Source: Burkholderiales bacterium (GTDB lineage: Bacteria; Pseudomonadota; Gammaproteobacteria; Burkholderiales; SG8-39). From it: a stretch of 64,000 bases of DNA. This document shows positions 59,976 to 64,000 of this stretch, piece after piece (within the stretch, counting starts at the first letter, position 1; every line of letters starts with the position of its first letter). The notes under the pieces are model-generated. The model was not told the origin of the DNA and did no database searches. It worked only from the letters and a program-made list of their open reading frames with translations. The position numbers were made by a program, and so were the translations under genes. Where the stretch lies: contig JBBRAI010000009.1 of NCBI GenBank assembly GCA_038206915.1, positions 5,241 through 69,240 on the forward strand. Reading direction: 5' to 3'.

Positions 59976-61994
59976 ATGAACGCATATCCCCACCTGTTCC
60001 AGCCGCTGCGCGCCGGCGGCCTCACGCTGAAGAACCGCATCATCATGGGCTCGATGCATACCCGCCTGGAGTCCGAACCGGACGGCAGCGCGCGCGCCGC
60101 CGCCTTCTACGTTGAGCGCGCGCGCGGCGGCGCGGCGCTGATCATCACCGGCGGCTATTCGCCTGACGCCTGCGGACGGCTCGAAGCCGATGCGGGCGCG
60201 CTCGATCATGACAGCAAGCTCGCAGAACATCGCGTAGTCACCGACGCCGTGCACGCCGCGGGCGGGCTGATCTGCCTGCAGATATTGCACGCCGGGCGCT
60301 ACGCCAAGCACGGCGCCCTGGTGGGCGCCTCCGACATCCCGTCGCCGATCAACCGCCGCAAGCCGCGTGCGCTCAGCACCAACGAAGTGGAGCGGACGGT
60401 CGCGAGCTTTGCCGACTGCGCCGCGCTCGCGCGCGAGGCCGGCTACGATGGCGTCGAGATCATGGGCTCCGAAGGCTACCTGATCAGCCAGTTCACGGCG
60501 CTGCGCACCAACAATCGCAGCGACAGGTACGGCGGCACGCTGGAGAACCGCCTGCGCTTCCCGCTCGACATCGTGCGCGCAACGCGTGCGCGCACCGGCC
60601 CCAGTTTCCTGATCCTGTTCCGCATGTCGGCGCTCGACCTGGTCGAAGGCGGCTTGAATGCGGAGGAGACACTGCAACTCGCGCGCGCGCTCGAAGTTGC
60701 GGGCGCGGACGTGCTCGATACCGGCATCGGCTGGCACGAGGCGCGCGTGCCGACCATCGCCTACATGGTGCCGCGCGCGGCCTGGCGCGACACCACGGCG
60801 CGCATCAAATCCGCGGTGTCGATACCGGTCGTCGCGACCAACCGCATCAACACGCCCGAACTCGCGGAACAACTGCTGCGCGAGGGCGTGGCCGACCTGG
60901 TGTCGCTGGCACGACCGTGGCTCGCCGATGCCGCCTTCGCGCTCAAGGCCCAGCAGGGCCGCGCCGACGAGATCAACACCTGCATCGCCTGCAACCAGGC
61001 CTGTCTGGACTTTCTGTTTCGCAACAAGGCCGCCAGCTGCCTGCTCAATCCGCGCGCCTGCAACGAGACCCATTACCCCGAAGTCAAGGCCCAGCGCGCT
61101 AAGCGCGTCGCCGTGATTGGCGCCGGCGCCGCCGGGCTGTCCTGCGCGCTCACCGCGTTCGAGCGCGGCCACAGCGTCACGCTGTATGAAGCGCAGGCCG
61201 ACATCGGCGGCCAGCTCAACCTGGCCAAACGGGTACCGGGCAAAGAGTTTACCGAGACCCTGCGCTACTTCCGCGCCCGCCTCGCCAAGAGCAACGTCGA
61301 GCTCAAGACCGGCGTTCGCGCCGGCGCGGACGAGCTCGCGCGCGGCGGCTACGACGCCGTGATTCTCGCGAGCGGCGTGCGCCCGCGCCTGCCCTACATT
61401 CCCGGCATCGACCATCCCATGGTGCTGCGCTACGACGAAGTGCTGTCGGGCGCGAAAGTGCCCGGCGCGCGCGTCGCCATCATCGGCGCCGGCGGCATTG
61501 GCTTCGACGTGGCCGAATTCCTCAGCGAACCCGAAAATGGCAGCAATACGCATGCGCCGGCGTTCCTCGCCGCCTGGGGCGTGGACCCGAACGGCATGGG
61601 CGAAGGCGGACTGGCCTCCCCCGTGCCGGAGCGCGCGCCGCGCTCCATCGTGATGCTGCAGCGAAAATCCACTCCACCCGGCAAGAGCCTGGGCGCGACC
61701 ACCGGCTGGGCGCTGCGTATGGAACTCGCGCGCCGCCGCGTTCTGGTGCTCAGCGGCGTGAGCTATCAGCGCATCGACGACGCCGGGCTGCACATTTTGC
61801 ACGACGGCCGGCCGAAGCTGCTCGAAGTCGACCACGTCGTGCTTTGCGCCGGTCAGGAGCCGGAAAATGCGCTGCTGGCCCAGCTCGCGGCGCAGGGCGT
61901 CGAGGCGGTCGCGATCGGCGGTGCCGAGCGTGCCGAGGAAATCGATGCGCTGAGGGCGATCGAGCAGGGAATGCAGCTCGCCTATGCCCTGTAG
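59976..61994 (+). CDS. fadH: NADPH-dependent 2,4-dienoyl-CoA reductase
   Basis: 672 aa: OYE-like TIM barrel (MNAYPHLFQPLRAGGLTLKNRIIMGSMHT), the 4Fe-4S motif CIACNQACLD, and a C-terminal GAGAAG FAD/NADPH domain. Confidence 0.9.
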   Translation: MNAYPHLFQPLRAGGLTLKNRIIMGSMHTRLESEPDGSARAAAFYVERARGGAALIITGGYSPDACGRLEADAGALDHDSKLAEHRVVTDAVHAAGGLICLQILHAGRYAKHGALVGASDIPSPINRRKPRALSTNEVERTVASFADCAALAREAGYDGVEIMGSEGYLISQFTALRTNNRSDRYGGTLENRLRFPLDIVRATRARTGPSFLILFRMSALDLVEGGLNAEETLQLARALEVAGADVLDTGIGWHEARVPTIAYMVPRAAWRDTTARIKSAVSIPVVATNRINTPELAEQLLREGVADLVSLARPWLADAAFALKAQQGRADEINTCIACNQACLDFLFRNKAASCLLNPRACNETHYPEVKAQRAKRVAVIGAGAAGLSCALTAFERGHSVTLYEAQADIGGQLNLAKRVPGKEFTETLRYFRARLAKSNVELKTGVRAGADELARGGYDAVILASGVRPRLPYIPGIDHPMVLRYDEVLSGAKVPGARVAIIGAGGIGFDVAEFLSEPENGSNTHAPAFLAAWGVDPNGMGEGGLASPVPERAPRSIVMLQRKSTPPGKSLGATTGWALRMELARRRVLVLSGVSYQRIDDAGLHILHDGRPKLLEVDHVVLCAGQEPENALLAQLAAQGVEAVAIGGAERAEEIDALRAIEQGMQLAYAL

Positions 61995-62036
61995 CACGCA
62001 TCCATCGCAGACAATCAAGACCAAGGAGGCAAACAC

Positions 62037-62369
62037 ATGGCACTGCGCATCGGCCTGGTAAGCGTCGCTGCGCTGCTGCTGGGCGCGCACTTCCTGCGCG
62101 CCGGCCATTTCCTCATGGTCGCCGTTTGCGTTGCGGCGCCGCTGCTGTTTTTCTATCGCAGGCGCTGGAGCCTGATCGCGCTGCAGTTGCTCGCCTATTG
62201 CGCCACCGCCACCTGGGTCGCGGTGGCGATCGACCTGGTGCAGATGCGCCAGCAGCTCGGGCAGCGCTGGACTGCGGCCGCGATCATCCTCGGATCGGTC
62301 GCGCTGTTCACCCTGATTTCCGGCTTGCTGCTGAATTCGCGCAAAATTACTTCGCGCTATCCCTGGTAG
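62037..62369 (+). CDS. Small integral membrane protein, function unknown
   Basis: 110 aa with 3-4 hydrophobic segments and a strong RBS (AAGGAGG 7 nt upstream). Confidence 0.5.
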   Translation: MALRIGLVSVAALLLGAHFLRAGHFLMVAVCVAAPLLFFYRRRWSLIALQLLAYCATATWVAVAIDLVQMRQQLGQRWTAAAIILGSVALFTLISGLLLNSRKITSRYPW

Positions 62370-62395
62370 CGCGCGGAAGCCCCTTACAAGAGACT

Positions 62396-62474
62396 GTCAC
62401 TCCGAGGGCGACGGCCGAGGAATCTGCTTTTCATTTAATACAAGAAGCAGATCCCTCGCTTCGCTCGGGATGAC
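62396..62474. repeat. MITE/REP-like palindromic element, copy 2 (GTCACTCCGAG...CTCGGGATGAC)
   Basis: An inverted-orientation homologue of 16928-17043. Inner stem GGAATCTGCTT/AAGCAGATCC. Confidence 0.6.
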
Positions 62475-62503
62475 AATGGCGAGGACAATGGCGAGGACAA
62501 TGG
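62472..62503. repeat. 12-bp tandem repeat (GACAATGGCGAG x 2.7) abutting the palindromic element
   Basis: Read directly from the sequence. Intergenic. Confidence 0.6.
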
Positions 62504-62549
62504 ATTTGCGAACTCACCCAGGCTGCGGCGCGCGTGGCACCGCGAATGT

Positions 62550-63050
62550 TCACACCACCGGCGGAAGCGTGTCGGGGTCGTCCTGCCAGGTCGTCGACGG
62601 CCGTGGCGTCATCGCGATCCACTTGTCGAGCGCCGCCACGTGCTCGGCTTCCTCGCTGGCGAATTCCTTGGCCAGGCGCCGCACCTCGACATCGGACGAC
62701 TGGTCTGCCGCATCGCGATAGAACTGCATCGCGCGCACTTCGTTGGCGCGCGCGTATTTGAGTGCGTTGTAGGCTTCGATCATGTAGTCGAAGCCCTCTT
62801 CGCCGCCCACCTCAGGCGGCGAAGTCCAGCGATATTGCCAGGATTTGAGCTGCGGCAGCACGGTAGCACCGACCCTTTGTTTGATCGAGTCGCAATGCAA
62901 TTGCGAGAACCGCGTCATGCTGCGAAACACCGACGATACGTCGTCGTTGCGATGCGCCTCCATCATGTCGGCCAGTTCCAGGTAGCGCTCCGCAGCTTCC
63001 TGCTCCAGCGCCACCGCATGGGCCAGAAATTCGGGCAATGCCAGATCCAT
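62550..63050 (-). CDS. Ferritin-like / rubrerythrin-type di-iron domain protein
   Basis: 166 aa from ATG 63050, with two EX(n)EH-type helices (ALEQEAAERY...; FASEEAEHVAAL). The 462-aa ORF-track entry extends upstream, antisense to the ChaN-like gene, and was trimmed. Confidence 0.7.
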   Translation of the reverse strand: MDLALPEFLAHAVALEQEAAERYLELADMMEAHRNDDVSSVFRSMTRFSQLHCDSIKQRVGATVLPQLKSWQYRWTSPPEVGGEEGFDYMIEAYNALKYARANEVRAMQFYRDAADQSSDVEVRRLAKEFASEEAEHVAALDKWIAMTPRPSTTWQDDPDTLPPVV

Positions 63051-63149
63051 ATCGTCCCCCACGCGTCGCGGCGCCGCAATCGACGCCCTCGCGCCATTAT
63101 AGGAGATCGGCGCGACTGCGGCAGGATTGAAGTCCGGTACAATTCCGCC

Positions 63150-64000
63150 ATGCATCGAACTCACGCAGGCGGCGCGCGCGCCATCGGACTGGCTGCGGCC
63201 GCAATCGCCGCGGCGGCGCTTTCGTTTCCCGGGTGCGCCCACGAAGTTTGCGCGCCTGCATCCGAGTGGACCGTCCCCGGCAGCGGGCGCATTGCGGCGC
63301 CTGAAATCCTGGCGCGCACCGCAGGCGCGCAGGTGGTACTGCTCGGAGAAAACCACGACGACGCCGACCATCATCGCTGGGAACTGCAGACCGTGGCCGC
63401 CCTCGCCGGCCTGCACCCGAAGCTGACGCTCGGTTTCGAAATGTTCCCGCGCCGGGTGCAGCCCGCGCTGGACCGCTGGGTCACCGGCGAGTTGAGCGAA
63501 ACCGAATTTCTCAAAGCCTCCGACTGGTCGAACGTGTGGGGTTACGACGCCGCCTTCTACCTGCCGCTGTTTCAGTTCGCGCGCATGAACCACGTGCCCA
63601 TGGTAGCGCTCAACGTCGAACGCAATTTTCCGCGCGCCGTACGCGCGAACGGCCTTGCATCCGTGCCCGCGGATCAGCGCGAAGGCGTCACCGCGCCGGC
63701 TGCGGCGGGCGAAGCCTATATTGCACGCCTGTTCGCCGCCTATTCGCAGCACCCCGACGAGAAGGGCGTCAAACCGGCGCGCACCGATCCGGCCTTTATG
63801 CACTTTGTCGATGCCCAACTGGTGTGGGACCGCGCGATGGCGCAGGCGCTCGCGGCCGCCGCCGCACGCGATCCCGCTGCGCTGGTGATCGGCATCATGG
63901 GCAGCCAGCATGTTGCGCACGGCGACGGCGTGCCGCACCAGCTCGACAGTCTGGGCATCAAGCGAATCGCTACGCTGCTGCCGTGGAGCGCGGACGCCGA
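63150..64000 (+). CDS. ChaN-family (haem-binding/Tiki-fold, DUF399) lipoprotein; 3' end beyond the window
   Basis: Translation from ATG 63150: MHRTHAGGARAIGLAAAAIAAAALSFPGC (lipobox), then VVLLGENHDDADHHRWELQ..., MVALNVER, IMGSQHVAHGDGVP. Not in the ORF track because there is no stop in the window. Confidence 0.7.
   Translation, partial: MHRTHAGGARAIGLAAAAIAAAALSFPGCAHEVCAPASEWTVPGSGRIAAPEILARTAGAQVVLLGENHDDADHHRWELQTVAALAGLHPKLTLGFEMFPRRVQPALDRWVTGELSETEFLKASDWSNVWGYDAAFYLPLFQFARMNHVPMVALNVERNFPRAVRANGLASVPADQREGVTAPAAAGEAYIARLFAAYSQHPDEKGVKPARTDPAFMHFVDAQLVWDRAMAQALAAAAARDPAALVIGIMGSQHVAHGDGVPHQLDSLGIKRIATLLPWSADA

Noticed and set aside
59946-62108. 720-aa reverse ORF
   Set aside because: It lies antisense to fadH and is a shadow ORF.
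63051-63938. Upstream two thirds of the 462-aa reverse ORF 62550-63938
   Set aside because: Only the last 166 codons form the ferritin-like protein. The rest is antisense to the forward ChaN-like lipoprotein gene, which has a lipobox and the GENHDDADHH motif.

Overview
High-G+C proteobacterial chromosome segment. The gene order looks betaproteobacterial: dnaX-ybaB-recR with ffs upstream, sdhE-gltA-sucA-sucB-lpdA, and a gntR regulator divergent from mdh. No rRNA genes, CRISPR arrays, integrases or transposases were seen. Coding density is high. The many long Arg/Ala/Gly/Pro-rich ORFs lying antisense to recognisable genes are shadow ORFs typical of GC-rich DNA.

The dominant theme is central carbon metabolism. 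Between about 13 and 54 kb the window holds acs, class I and class II fumarases, aceK, the 2-oxoglutarate dehydrogenase genes, three citrate-synthase-family genes (gltA, a eukaryote-type CS, prpC), sdhE, mdh, prpB-prpC-prpD-acnA, and an acuI-prpE cluster.

Features worth a second look:
1. The sdhE-gltA junction carries a 3.4 kb insertion with a mitochondrial-type citrate synthase and an orphan GHKL (histidine-kinase-type ATPase) protein. sdhCDAB is missing from its expected place between the GntR gene and sdhE. A 16-bp palindrome, ATTGATTTG(A/C)ATCAA, sits upstream of both sdhE and the extra CS.
2. A roughly 170-nt three-hairpin element with compensatory stem changes occurs twice, upstream of acuI-prpE and between prpC and prpD. 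Both copies are in the same sense relative to transcription.
3. An EF-G paralog is split by a -1 frame change exactly at G-GAA-AAG-G.
4. A lower-G+C islet between fumC and dtd carries yefM-yoeB, brnT-brnA and a CPBP intramembrane protease.
5. Smaller items: a cysteine-less glutaredoxin fold, a 67-aa ORF coupled between prpD and acnA, a terminator-like hairpin just upstream of prpB, MITE/REP-like palindromic elements, and several short tandem duplications.

All functional calls rest on my reading of the translated ORFs and sequence motifs. No database search was possible.
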